NCBI GenBank assembly: GCA_032250835.1
Contig: JAVVEA010000002.1
Coordinates: 54,498 to 118,497 of the forward strand
Reading direction: 5' to 3'
DNA from: a bacterium
Lineage (GTDB): Bacteria; SAR324; XYD2-FULL-50-16
Length of the DNA: 64,000 nucleotides
Below are positions 10,148 through 18,936 of the stretch, in pieces. Each line of letters begins with the position of its first letter. Position 1 is the stretch's first letter. Position numbers and translations under genes: made by a program. Under the pieces are notes generated by a model. It was not told the DNA's origin. It was given only the letters and a program-made list of their open reading frames with translations, and did not search any database.

Positions 10148-11617
10148 CTAGGAGGCCTTTTTGTGGCCGCTACTGAAGTCCTTGAGGTGCCCCAAGACTT
10201 TCATACCCGCCCTAAAAAGGAAGGCCAAATCGTCGAGGCTGCGCACGCTGGTTATCTTGCGCAGCATAAAGGCGGGGCTCAGCGCCGCCTTGTAGAGTTG
10301 CTGAGTGAAGACCTGTACCTCTTCGGTGCCTACCTCCGACTTCCAAACCGACTCGCGCATGTCGTAGCGGTCCCAATCCTCGGTCAAGAGCCACCCCTCT
10401 TTGCGGGCTTCATCAAACATTGGCGTGCCGGGATAAGGGACCACGATAGTAGCCTGTAAGCTGTCGATATAGCCCTTTAAAAACATATCGCGGGCAAAAT
10501 TGACGGTCTGCTGGGCGTCTTCTTTGGTTTCCCAAGGATAACCGACCATGGTGGTGATGTGGGGCTCTAAGCCCGCCTTTTTGGCCATCTTCATGGTCTC
10601 TTCGATCTGTTCGACTTTGATCCCTTTATCCAGACGGTTCAAAGTCTTTTGGCTCATCGATTCCAAACCGATCAAGATAAACCGGAAGTTGGCTTTGGCC
10701 AAAAGGTCCCACTCGGCCTGATCCAACGCACCAACGCGCATGTTGCAGCCCATCACTACCTTTTTGTGGTAGCCACGCTCGATCATTCCTTCGCAAAATT
10801 CTTTAAGCCATTCACCGCGCGGGAAACAACCAGAGTCATCAAAGATTTCGCGTACCCCGTATTTCTCGATCAGTTTGCCTACTTCGTCGAGGTGGCGCTG
10901 GGGACTGACGGCCTTAAACTTTTGGCCCGGAAACAGAGTCGTCCAGCTACAGAAGGTGCACTTACCCCACCAGCAGTCGCGACCGGCCATCATGTAGGTA
11001 CCGGGAAGATACTTATAGTTGCCGTTTTTTTCAGAATACAACTTCCAGTTGGTCAACTCGCGGTCCACGTAGGGCAGCTCGTTGAGGTCGTAATCGTAGG
11101 TGTGGGCCCCGGTATTTTTGATTTCACCGTTGTCGCGGTACCAGACACCGCCGGGTAGATCCTTTTTTTGGTCCAAGGCCTCGCAGAGCGCAGCCAGTTG
11201 GAAGTCAAAGTCCCCTCCGGTGGTCACGAAGTCTACCGGACAATTCTCCATACTCTCGCCAGGCATAGCGGTCACATGGTCCCCCATCAAGACAAAAAGC
11301 GTGTCCGGCATGGCAGCCTTCATCTCTTTGAGAATCTCCCAATGTAGCTTGATCACCGGAGTTTTGGACTCCAACGCAATCAGGTCAGGTTTTTCTTTGA
11401 GTGTTCGGGTCTTCCATTGGGCGAAGGTGAGTTCTTCGGAGATGCCGTCATCCCACAACACCTCAAAACCCTTGTGCTTAAGCAGGGTCGCCGCATAAGC
11501 GGGTACCATAGGGTAGATGTAGGTCGGGTTGTTGAACCACTGGAATTGCCGGTTCTGAGCGAGCAGGGGCACGCCTTTAGGGGAGTCCAGAGGGGGATAG
11601 CTGATGGCAACTTTCAT
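10148..11617 (-). CDS. Cobalamin-binding radical SAM protein
   Basis: N-terminal B12-binding-like region (LMGDHVTAMP); CWWGKCTFC cluster motif; IGLES, MVGYPWET, PYPGTPMF. Confidence 0.85.
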   Translation of the reverse strand: MKVAISYPPLDSPKGVPLLAQNRQFQWFNNPTYIYPMVPAYAATLLKHKGFEVLWDDGISEELTFAQWKTRTLKEKPDLIALESKTPVIKLHWEILKEMKAAMPDTLFVLMGDHVTAMPGESMENCPVDFVTTGGDFDFQLAALCEALDQKKDLPGGVWYRDNGEIKNTGAHTYDYDLNELPYVDRELTNWKLYSEKNGNYKYLPGTYMMAGRDCWWGKCTFCSWTTLFPGQKFKAVSPQRHLDEVGKLIEKYGVREIFDDSGCFPRGEWLKEFCEGMIERGYHKKVVMGCNMRVGALDQAEWDLLAKANFRFILIGLESMSQKTLNRLDKGIKVEQIEETMKMAKKAGLEPHITTMVGYPWETKEDAQQTVNFARDMFLKGYIDSLQATIVVPYPGTPMFDEARKEGWLLTEDWDRYDMRESVWKSEVGTEEVQVFTQQLYKAALSPAFMLRKITSVRSLDDLAFLFRAGMKVLGHLKDFSSGHKKAS

Positions 11618-11621
11618 AAAG

Positions 11622-12656
11622 TTATCTTCCAAGTTTGCTGGTGAAGTCTCGCCCGGACAAAAGTCCTTTTAGAAAGCGATAACCATACACGAAATGAGTA
11701 CCCAAAAGATAGGGGGTGGTCGCCAACGAGATTACCAAACTTCCCGCTTTTTGCCAAACCCCAATGAGGTGAATCAGGATAGCCAACCCGTAAAGAACCC
11801 AGCCGAAAAAATACAACTGAGGCCCCGGCGGTGGAGCGAAACAGGATAGCCACCCAAACAATACAAACATAAAAAAACCAGAGGGCAGCATATAGCTTAA
11901 CCGCAGAGAGGTTTGAGGGAGTATTTTGACAAAATAACCCCGATGCTCTCCATAGTTGCCAATTTGTCGCATATGCCTCCTGAAACCAGATCGGCGGTGG
12001 TGAAAAACTACCGCTCGCCCTTCATACAAAATCTTTTTTCCTAAACCGACCAACTCAGCGCAAAGCTTGGTGTCCTCACCGGGCCAAAAGGCGTTGTCAA
12101 AGCCGCCTACAGTAACAAAGTCAGACTTACGAACCAGCAAGTTAACTGAAGGCCAATCATCGACTTCAACTACCTCTTTATAAGGGTAGTAGCGCATCAC
12201 CGCTGAGCCGTTTAAAGGCGAAAGAAAGGTGGCGCCCGAAACTTTTTGCCAAAAATTATCGTTAGCCGGAGTAACTTGAGGCCCACCAACTCCGCAGACC
12301 CGTGGGTCTTCAAAATGCGGGAGCGCTTGGTCTAGCCAGTCTGGCTGAGGGTAGGCATCATCATCAATGAAAGCCAAAACGGCCCCTTGGGCTTGTTGCG
12401 CCCCCAGATCGCGCTTAATCGCCGGGCTTACCGGGCCCGTTACGACTTCAGCATAGGCCACCGAGGTGGGGACGTGGGCGGCCAAAAAACCAGGATCAAT
12501 GGGCTGGTCAGGCAACAAGATCACTTCAAATTGCCGGTTTTCAAGCTTCCCGATCCATTGAAGAGACTCAATTAGATAGTCCGATTCCCTTTGGAAGGGA
12601 ATTATAATTGAGACCTCGATCATGCTGGCTTTTCCCGGTTCATTCAGGGAATTCAT
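11622..12656 (-). CDS. Glycosyltransferase family 2 with C-terminal TM helices
   Basis: VSIIIP...AFIDDDAYP...GGFD...GEDTKL...VFHHRR; hydrophobic C-terminus. Confidence 0.9.
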   Translation of the reverse strand: MNSLNEPGKASMIEVSIIIPFQRESDYLIESLQWIGKLENRQFEVILLPDQPIDPGFLAAHVPTSVAYAEVVTGPVSPAIKRDLGAQQAQGAVLAFIDDDAYPQPDWLDQALPHFEDPRVCGVGGPQVTPANDNFWQKVSGATFLSPLNGSAVMRYYPYKEVVEVDDWPSVNLLVRKSDFVTVGGFDNAFWPGEDTKLCAELVGLGKKILYEGRAVVFHHRRSGFRRHMRQIGNYGEHRGYFVKILPQTSLRLSYMLPSGFFMFVLFGWLSCFAPPPGPQLYFFGWVLYGLAILIHLIGVWQKAGSLVISLATTPYLLGTHFVYGYRFLKGLLSGRDFTSKLGR

Positions 12657-12872
12657 AAATGTGGTGAGGGCGATAATAGGTGGTCATTTACCGATTTGGC
12701 AAGCCAAAGCCCTGCTTTTGAGGTTTCCACCAAAACACCCGCTTTGAGCAATGCCTTAGGTTCCCGCTGCCAGCCCCTTCTGGCTCCGCCACCTTTATCT
12801 CCATGCGGATAAATGATCGCTAAGCCTAAGGGCTTTGGGCCGAACAATGCTGTAGGGTAGACTATGAATAGC

Positions 12873-13970
12873 TTAAAAAAAGCTCTTAACCACCGCGACC
12901 ACTTCATCCACCTGAGCTTCGGTCAGCTCAGGGAACATGGGCAGGCTCAAAATTTCCCCAGCAAATAACTCGGCATTGGGGTAGTCGGCGGGGTTCCAAC
13001 CCATATCCTTATAAAGCCCCAAACGGTGGATCGGCACCGGGTAATGGATGCCGGCACCCACGCCGCTTTTGCCCAGATGCTCCAAAAGGGCGTCGCGCTG
13101 CTTGGATCGGATTACGTAAAGGTGGAAGACATGGCTGCCTGCTTCGCCTAAATCGGGGCAGATAATATCCCCCACGCCTTTGAGCTTTTCATTATACCAA
13201 GCGGCGGCACGAGCCCGCGAGGCACTCCAAGCGTCCAGGTGCGGTAATTTAACGCCCAAAACGGCGGCCTGCATGGTGTCCAAGCGGCTGTTGAAGCCGA
13301 CCATCTCATGATAATACTTTTTGGGGCTGCCCAGATTGCGCAGTTGGCGGATCTTTTCGGCTAGTGCGTCATCATTGGTGGTGATGCCGCCCCCGTCGCC
13401 GTAGGCCCCTAGATTTTTCCCAGGATAGAAACTAAAACCCGCCACTTTTCCCCAAGCGCCAGCCTTCTTACCTTTTTTCTGGGCTCCATGTCCCTGGCAA
13501 GCGTCTTCTACCACCGGCAGGCCGTGCTGGTCGGCAATAGCCATAATCGATTCAATATCAACCAATTGGCCATAGAGATGCACCGGCATGATGGCCTTGG
13601 TCTTGGGCGTGATCTTCGCCTCGATTTGGGCAGGGTCCATGTTGTAGGTGCCGGGCAAGCAGTCCACCAAAACGGGCGTCGCCCCACAATAGGTGATCGC
13701 CAAGGTGGTGGCCACAAAGGTGTTGGCCACCGTGATCACTTCGTCCCCTTCTTTGATGCCCAAAGCAACCAGCGCTAGGTGCAGCGCTTCGGTTCCATTG
13801 GCCACACCGATGGCATGTTTAACGCCGCAATATTCGGCAAAGGCTTTTTCAAAGTCGGCTACCGGTTGGCCCAGCACAAAGTTGCATTGGGTCATCACGG
13901 CGGTCACCGCCGGGTCGATCTCGGCTTTAAGGGCTTTATATTGGCTTTGGAGGTCCACAAAGGGGATCAT
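12873..13970 (-). CDS. DegT/DnrJ/EryC1/StrS PLP-dependent sugar aminotransferase
   Basis: MIPFVDL...NGTEALHLAL...VHLYGQ...EDACQGHGA...SFYPGKNLGAYGDGG...NSRLD. Confidence 0.95.
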   Translation of the reverse strand: MIPFVDLQSQYKALKAEIDPAVTAVMTQCNFVLGQPVADFEKAFAEYCGVKHAIGVANGTEALHLALVALGIKEGDEVITVANTFVATTLAITYCGATPVLVDCLPGTYNMDPAQIEAKITPKTKAIMPVHLYGQLVDIESIMAIADQHGLPVVEDACQGHGAQKKGKKAGAWGKVAGFSFYPGKNLGAYGDGGGITTNDDALAEKIRQLRNLGSPKKYYHEMVGFNSRLDTMQAAVLGVKLPHLDAWSASRARAAAWYNEKLKGVGDIICPDLGEAGSHVFHLYVIRSKQRDALLEHLGKSGVGAGIHYPVPIHRLGLYKDMGWNPADYPNAELFAGEILSLPMFPELTEAQVDEVVAVVKSFF

Positions 13971-14162
13971 GGGAGTCCTTGAATCAGGTGCATAGAGTAC
14001 GGGGCCTAGGCAAAATCTATGACAGCCCGCTTTCCTCCGTCAAGACAAAGCCCCTGGCCCGCTTTTCGGCCCACGACGCCCTTCGATTGACAGAGCGCCC
14101 TCTTCCGAGGGATTCTGTAGGTCAAATGTTCGACCCTTGCCCCTCCGCTAAAAGCAATCTAT

Positions 14163-14750
14163 ATGCGCGACTACCTAAAAGCCCAACTGGCCGAGAGCCT
14201 TGAAGTCAAAACCAAGCTCATCAACTCAGACAGCCTAGATCGGTTGGCCTCGGTGGTTGAGGCCTGCCTGAACAGCCTGCGCAATGGGGGTAAGATCCTA
14301 ATCGCGGGCAATGGCGGCTCCGCTGCAGATGCTCAGCACATCGCAGGAGAACTGGTTAGTCGGTTTTATTTCGACCGCCCAGCCCTACCGGCCATCGCCT
14401 TGACTACCGACACCAGCATCTTGACGGCCATAGGCAACGACTATGGTTACGAACGGGTCTTTGAGCGCCAAGTTGAGGCGTTGGGGCGTGAGGGAGACAT
14501 CTTTATTGGACTCAGCACCAGCGGCAGCTCGAAAAATGTAATCCGTGCGGCCGAGGCGGCCAAACTGCGCGGAATATTCTGCATCGGCTTCGCTGGCGAA
14601 AAACGAGGTGCTCTCAATGAAATCTGTGACCTCACCTTAAACGCTCCCAGTACGGTTACGCCCCGGATTCAAGAAGTCCATATCACCTTGGGGCATATTC
14701 TCTGCGCCGCAATTGAATCTGAAATGTTTGGGCCGCCTTCGAAGCCCTAA
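14163..14750 (+). CDS. gmhA: D-sedoheptulose 7-phosphate isomerase
   Basis: GNGGSAADAQHIAGELV, TAIGNDYGY, STSGSS, RIQEVH. Confidence 0.95.
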   Translation: MRDYLKAQLAESLEVKTKLINSDSLDRLASVVEACLNSLRNGGKILIAGNGGSAADAQHIAGELVSRFYFDRPALPAIALTTDTSILTAIGNDYGYERVFERQVEALGREGDIFIGLSTSGSSKNVIRAAEAAKLRGIFCIGFAGEKRGALNEICDLTLNAPSTVTPRIQEVHITLGHILCAAIESEMFGPPSKP

Positions 14751-14805
14751 CCCTTTGGCCGCACTAGATTCCCTTACCTCCCCTTGAGGGCTCTTTGAGA
14801 AAAGC

Positions 14806-15747
14806 ATGGATATTCAAAGCAAAATTTTTGTTGCCGGTCACCGGGGCCTAGTGGGCTCGGCGATCTTGCGGCAACTGCAGGCGAGGGGCTATACGAACCT
14901 AATCACCGCGGACCGAAAGCAACTAGACCTAACCCGCCAACAAGCAGTAGAAGACTTTTTTACCCAACAGCAGCCCGAAGTGGTGGTCTTGGCCGCCGCC
15001 AAAGTGGGCGGTATTTTGGCCAATCGGGACTTTAAGGCGGACTTCATTGTTGAGAACCTGCTAATCCAAACCCATGTCATTGCCGCCGCCCACCGGATCG
15101 GTGTCAAGAAGCTATTGTTTTTGGGCAGCAGTTGCATCTATCCTAAGCTCTGCCCCCAGCCGATGAAGGAGGAATACCTCTTAACCGGACTGCTTGAGCC
15201 CACCAACGATGCCTATGCGGTGGCTAAAATCGCCGGGATCAAGATGTGCCAAAGCTACAACGAACAGCATGGTACCAACTACCTGAGCGCTATGCCCACC
15301 AACCTCTACGGCCCTGGCGACAACTTCGACTTAAACAGCAGCCATGTCTTGCCTGCCATGCTGCGCAAATTCCATGAAGCTAAACTAGCGGGCAACCAAC
15401 CCGTAATCCTTTGGGGCAGCGGGACACCGAAGCGGGAGTTTTTGTTTGTCGAAGATATGGCCGAGGCTTGTTTGTTCTTGTTAGAAAAAGTGCAGGCCGG
15501 TGACGCGCCCGGTGATCTGTACAACCTGGGTACCGGTGTGGATCTGAGTATAAACGATTTAGCGCAATTGGTCCAAAAAACGGTAGGCCACCGAGGCGAC
15601 ATCCTCTGGGACCGAGACAAGCCCGACGGCACTCCCCGCAAGCTTCAAGAGGTCTCACGGCTTAAGGGTCTCGGCTGGCAAGCTTCCACCAGCTTAGAAG
15701 ACGGCCTAGCCCAGACCTATCAATGGTATTTGAATCAGCTAGATTGA
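14806..15747 (+). CDS. fcl: GDP-L-fucose synthase
   Basis: IFVAGHRGLVGSA, AAAKVGGI, LGSSCIYPK, LEPTNDAYAVAKIAG, PTNLYGPGDNF. Confidence 0.95.
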   Translation: MDIQSKIFVAGHRGLVGSAILRQLQARGYTNLITADRKQLDLTRQQAVEDFFTQQQPEVVVLAAAKVGGILANRDFKADFIVENLLIQTHVIAAAHRIGVKKLLFLGSSCIYPKLCPQPMKEEYLLTGLLEPTNDAYAVAKIAGIKMCQSYNEQHGTNYLSAMPTNLYGPGDNFDLNSSHVLPAMLRKFHEAKLAGNQPVILWGSGTPKREFLFVEDMAEACLFLLEKVQAGDAPGDLYNLGTGVDLSINDLAQLVQKTVGHRGDILWDRDKPDGTPRKLQEVSRLKGLGWQASTSLEDGLAQTYQWYLNQLD

Positions 15748-15850
15748 CCCCGGCTTGAGAGTTGCATGATCACGGGAAACCCAAATATTGGGAAAACCTA
15801 ACGAACCTGCCCGCTCGAAAGAGTCTAAACTTTATTGCAGACCCCAACCT

Positions 15851-17257
15851 ATGATCGCCATGATCTTAGCCGGTGGAACCGGCACCCGGCTTTGGCCCTT
15901 TTCGCGCTCCACCACGCCCAAGCAGTTCCTGAATCTGGGTTCTAGTCACGAGAGCTTGTTGCAAGAGACCTGTAAGCGACTCGAAGGCTTGATCAGCCCC
16001 GACCGGCTTTGGATCGTTGGAGCCACAGCGCACCAGTATGAGTTGCAGCAGCAGATTGAAGAAGCGGTCCCGGCTTTTGATGTGAAGCACCTCCTGTTTG
16101 AGCCTATGGGCCGTAACACCGCCCCGGCCATCCTTTGGGGCATCAGCCGCATCCCTGAAGAGCAACGAGACGAACCGGTGGTGATCTTGCCTGCCGACCA
16201 CCTAATCCAAGATGCTGAGGGCTTCCGCGAGAAATTGGCTGCGGCTCAAGGGCTGGCCGAAGAAGGCTGGATCGTTACCTTTGGGATCACGCCCAACCGC
16301 CCCGACACCGGCTATGGTTATATCCAAGCTGGGCAGCCAGTGGGACCGGGCTTTAAGGTCAGTAAATTTGCCGAAAAACCGAATCTGGATACAGCCCAGG
16401 CTTATCTGGCCGAAGGGAATTACTCTTGGAACGCCGGGATCTTCATGGCCACGGCGCGGACCCTGATGACCCAGTACCAAGTGCACTGCCCAGAGCTTTA
16501 CGCCGCCTTCTTCGAAGAAGAAAGCTGCCGTACTGAAGTAGTGACCCAAATCGACCAAGTCTACGGCGCCATCAAAGAAGACAGCTTCGATTATGCCGTC
16601 TTAGAGCACAGTGACCGCGTGGCGGTGGTGCAGATGTCGGTAGGCTGGAACGACTTGGGCAGTTGGGAAAGCATCTATGAGGTCAACCCCAAAGATGCCC
16701 AAGGCAACGCCACCCGAGGAAACGTAGTCTTAGAAGACACCCAAAATTGTTTGATCATTTCCGACAAACGCTTGGTCACCGGGGTGGGCCTCAAAGACCT
16801 GATCATCGTCGAAACCGAAGATGCGCTACTGGTCTGCGACCTGAACCGCAGCCAGGACGTCAAGACCCTGGTCAACCACCTAAAGGCCGAAGACCGGGGT
16901 GAATACAAATTCCACCAACGGGTGGTGCGGCCCTGGGGCAGCTACACGGTGCTGCGCGAAGGGGCGGGCTTTAAGGTCAAGAAGATTGAGGTTTTGCCGG
17001 GCAAGCGGCTCTCGCTACAACGGCACTTGCACCGCAGCGAGCATTGGGTGGTCCTCAAGGGAACCGCCTTGGTCACTAGGGGCAGCGAAACGTTGTTGAT
17101 GACCGAAAACCAGTCCACCTATTTGCCCAAAACGGAGCGCCACCGGCTGGAGAACCCCGGCAAAGAACCCTTGGAGATCATCGAGGTGCAACTGGGAAGC
17201 TACTTGGGTGAAGACGACATCCAACGCTTCGACGACGACTTCGGGCGCAACGCTTAA
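15851..17257 (+). CDS. manC: Mannose-1-phosphate guanylyltransferase / mannose-6-phosphate isomerase
   Basis: ILAGGTGTRLWPFSR...PKQF, EPMGRNTAPA, WNDLGSW, C-terminal cupin RPWG...SLQRHLHRSEHW. ATG 15851 preferred as start. Confidence 0.95.
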   Translation: MIAMILAGGTGTRLWPFSRSTTPKQFLNLGSSHESLLQETCKRLEGLISPDRLWIVGATAHQYELQQQIEEAVPAFDVKHLLFEPMGRNTAPAILWGISRIPEEQRDEPVVILPADHLIQDAEGFREKLAAAQGLAEEGWIVTFGITPNRPDTGYGYIQAGQPVGPGFKVSKFAEKPNLDTAQAYLAEGNYSWNAGIFMATARTLMTQYQVHCPELYAAFFEEESCRTEVVTQIDQVYGAIKEDSFDYAVLEHSDRVAVVQMSVGWNDLGSWESIYEVNPKDAQGNATRGNVVLEDTQNCLIISDKRLVTGVGLKDLIIVETEDALLVCDLNRSQDVKTLVNHLKAEDRGEYKFHQRVVRPWGSYTVLREGAGFKVKKIEVLPGKRLSLQRHLHRSEHWVVLKGTALVTRGSETLLMTENQSTYLPKTERHRLENPGKEPLEIIEVQLGSYLGEDDIQRFDDDFGRNA

Positions 17258-18936
17258 AGGGCCCGCATCTTCTGGGCAATCAACTGGAGGCTGACTTTGC
17301 CACGGAAGCGGTTTTCGCTGAGCGTACAGGTCAGCTCAAAGTCTCCGGCCCCCCAGCCTTCGCGCACCCCGTCCCACCGGATCAGTTCCATGGCCGGGCC
17401 CAGATCCCATTTAAGGTGGCTACCAGCCAACTGGCGCGGGCTGTTCAGCGGCAAACGCCGCAGCAGAAACACCGGCTTTTTGTTGCCCTGGCCAAAGGGC
17501 TCTAAGGCCTTCAGCCCGTCGACCAACTCAACCCCAATCATCTCCGGGTTGATCTCCACATCCGCCGCTGGCGGGTCCAAGCCCGGCCCGTGGGTCTGGG
17601 CTGCCTGACCTAGGGCTAAGCGCAGCGCTTCTAATTGCTCTACTTTAAAGGTACAACCTGCCGCTTGGGCATGGCCGCCAAACTGATCGAGGTGACCCGC
17701 GCAGGAGGTAAGCAGGTCTAACATATGGGCGCCCTTGGAGCGGGCCGATCCTTTGATCCGGCCATCGCTACCTTGGGTACAGACCAACGCAGGCCCGCCG
17801 AACTGCTCGACCAGCCGGGTGGCCACAATCCCCAATAGCCCCTCGTGCCAGTCGGGCGCATAAACCAAAGCTGCACCCTGGGTCTGGTACTGCGGGGCCG
17901 CTTGCTCGACCGCTTGCTGGGCCATGGTTTGTTGGCGGCGCTTGCGCAGTCCGTTGAGCCGCGTCAACTCATCAAACAAGGCTTGGCTGCGGGCCGGTTC
18001 GGTTTCCAAGAGAAAATCCAAGGCTAGACCCGCGTCATCCATCCGCCCAGCAGCGTTGAGCAACGGCGCGAGCCGGAAGGCTAGCGTTTCGGAGTCCACA
18101 AAATGTAACCCCTGGGCCTGAGAAAAACAGCTCAAATACTGGGCTCCGGGCCCCTGAGGCTCGCGCAGTCGGCGGCGCATCTGTTCTAAGCCATGGTGGG
18201 TCAACAGGCGGTTCAGGCCTCTTAAGGGCACCTGATCGGCCACTGTCCCCAGGGCCACCAGATCCAAATGCTCCAGCAGGTTCGGTTCGGTCTTGCCTAC
18301 CCAAAAGCCTTGCTCTCGCAATTTTTTTCGCAGCCCCACCAACAGCATAAAGGCCAAGCCTACGCCGGAGATGTCTTTTTCTTCAAAGGGGCAGTCCGCC
18401 TGCTTAGGGTTCACCACCAAACCGTCAGGCATCTTTCCGGGCACCGGTAAATGGTGGTCCGTAACGATCACCTCCACCCCAGCGGCTTTGAGTTGGGCCA
18501 CCTCGGCTCCGGCGGTGATGCCGTTGTCTACAGTCACCACCAACTGTGGCTTTAAGGCCAAAACCCGCTTCACCACCGCTTCGGTCAGGCCATAGCCTTC
18601 GCTGAACCGGTTGGGGATCAACGCCTGAACCTTAAAACCCAAAGCGCGCAGGAACCGCACCAAGAGGGCGGTGCTGGTCACCCCGTCCACATCATAGTCA
18701 CCCAAAACCAAGACCTCTTTCCCCTCTTGCAGACGCTCTAACAAAAGCTCCACCGCTTGGGGGAGGTTTTTGAGTACCATCGGGTCGGGCATGGCGCTTA
18801 AGTGGTGGGAAAAAAACTGAGGACCTAATTCTAGTTGGGCGCTCCAATAGTCTAGCAACTGACGCCAAGCCGGGGGACCCTGGGGGCGGAACCAATCCTT
18901 TAAGCTAAAATGGGCTTGCAGCGGCGTAGCGCTCAT
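17254..18936 (-). CDS. recJ: Single-stranded-DNA-specific exonuclease RecJ
   Basis: GDYDVDG, TVDNG, TDHH, LGTVADQVPL, NAAGRM, GSARS, GGHAQAAG, EPFGQGN. Confidence 0.95.
   Translation of the reverse strand: MSATPLQAHFSLKDWFRPQGPPAWRQLLDYWSAQLELGPQFFSHHLSAMPDPMVLKNLPQAVELLLERLQEGKEVLVLGDYDVDGVTSTALLVRFLRALGFKVQALIPNRFSEGYGLTEAVVKRVLALKPQLVVTVDNGITAGAEVAQLKAAGVEVIVTDHHLPVPGKMPDGLVVNPKQADCPFEEKDISGVGLAFMLLVGLRKKLREQGFWVGKTEPNLLEHLDLVALGTVADQVPLRGLNRLLTHHGLEQMRRRLREPQGPGAQYLSCFSQAQGLHFVDSETLAFRLAPLLNAAGRMDDAGLALDFLLETEPARSQALFDELTRLNGLRKRRQQTMAQQAVEQAAPQYQTQGAALVYAPDWHEGLLGIVATRLVEQFGGPALVCTQGSDGRIKGSARSKGAHMLDLLTSCAGHLDQFGGHAQAAGCTFKVEQLEALRLALGQAAQTHGPGLDPPAADVEINPEMIGVELVDGLKALEPFGQGNKKPVFLLRRLPLNSPRQLAGSHLKWDLGPAMELIRWDGVREGWGAGDFELTCTLSENRFRGKVSLQLIAQKMRAL

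Noticed and set aside
12653-12907. 84-aa ORF bridging the aminotransferase and GT2 genes
   Set aside because: It overlaps the aminotransferase end, has atypical composition and shows no motif.
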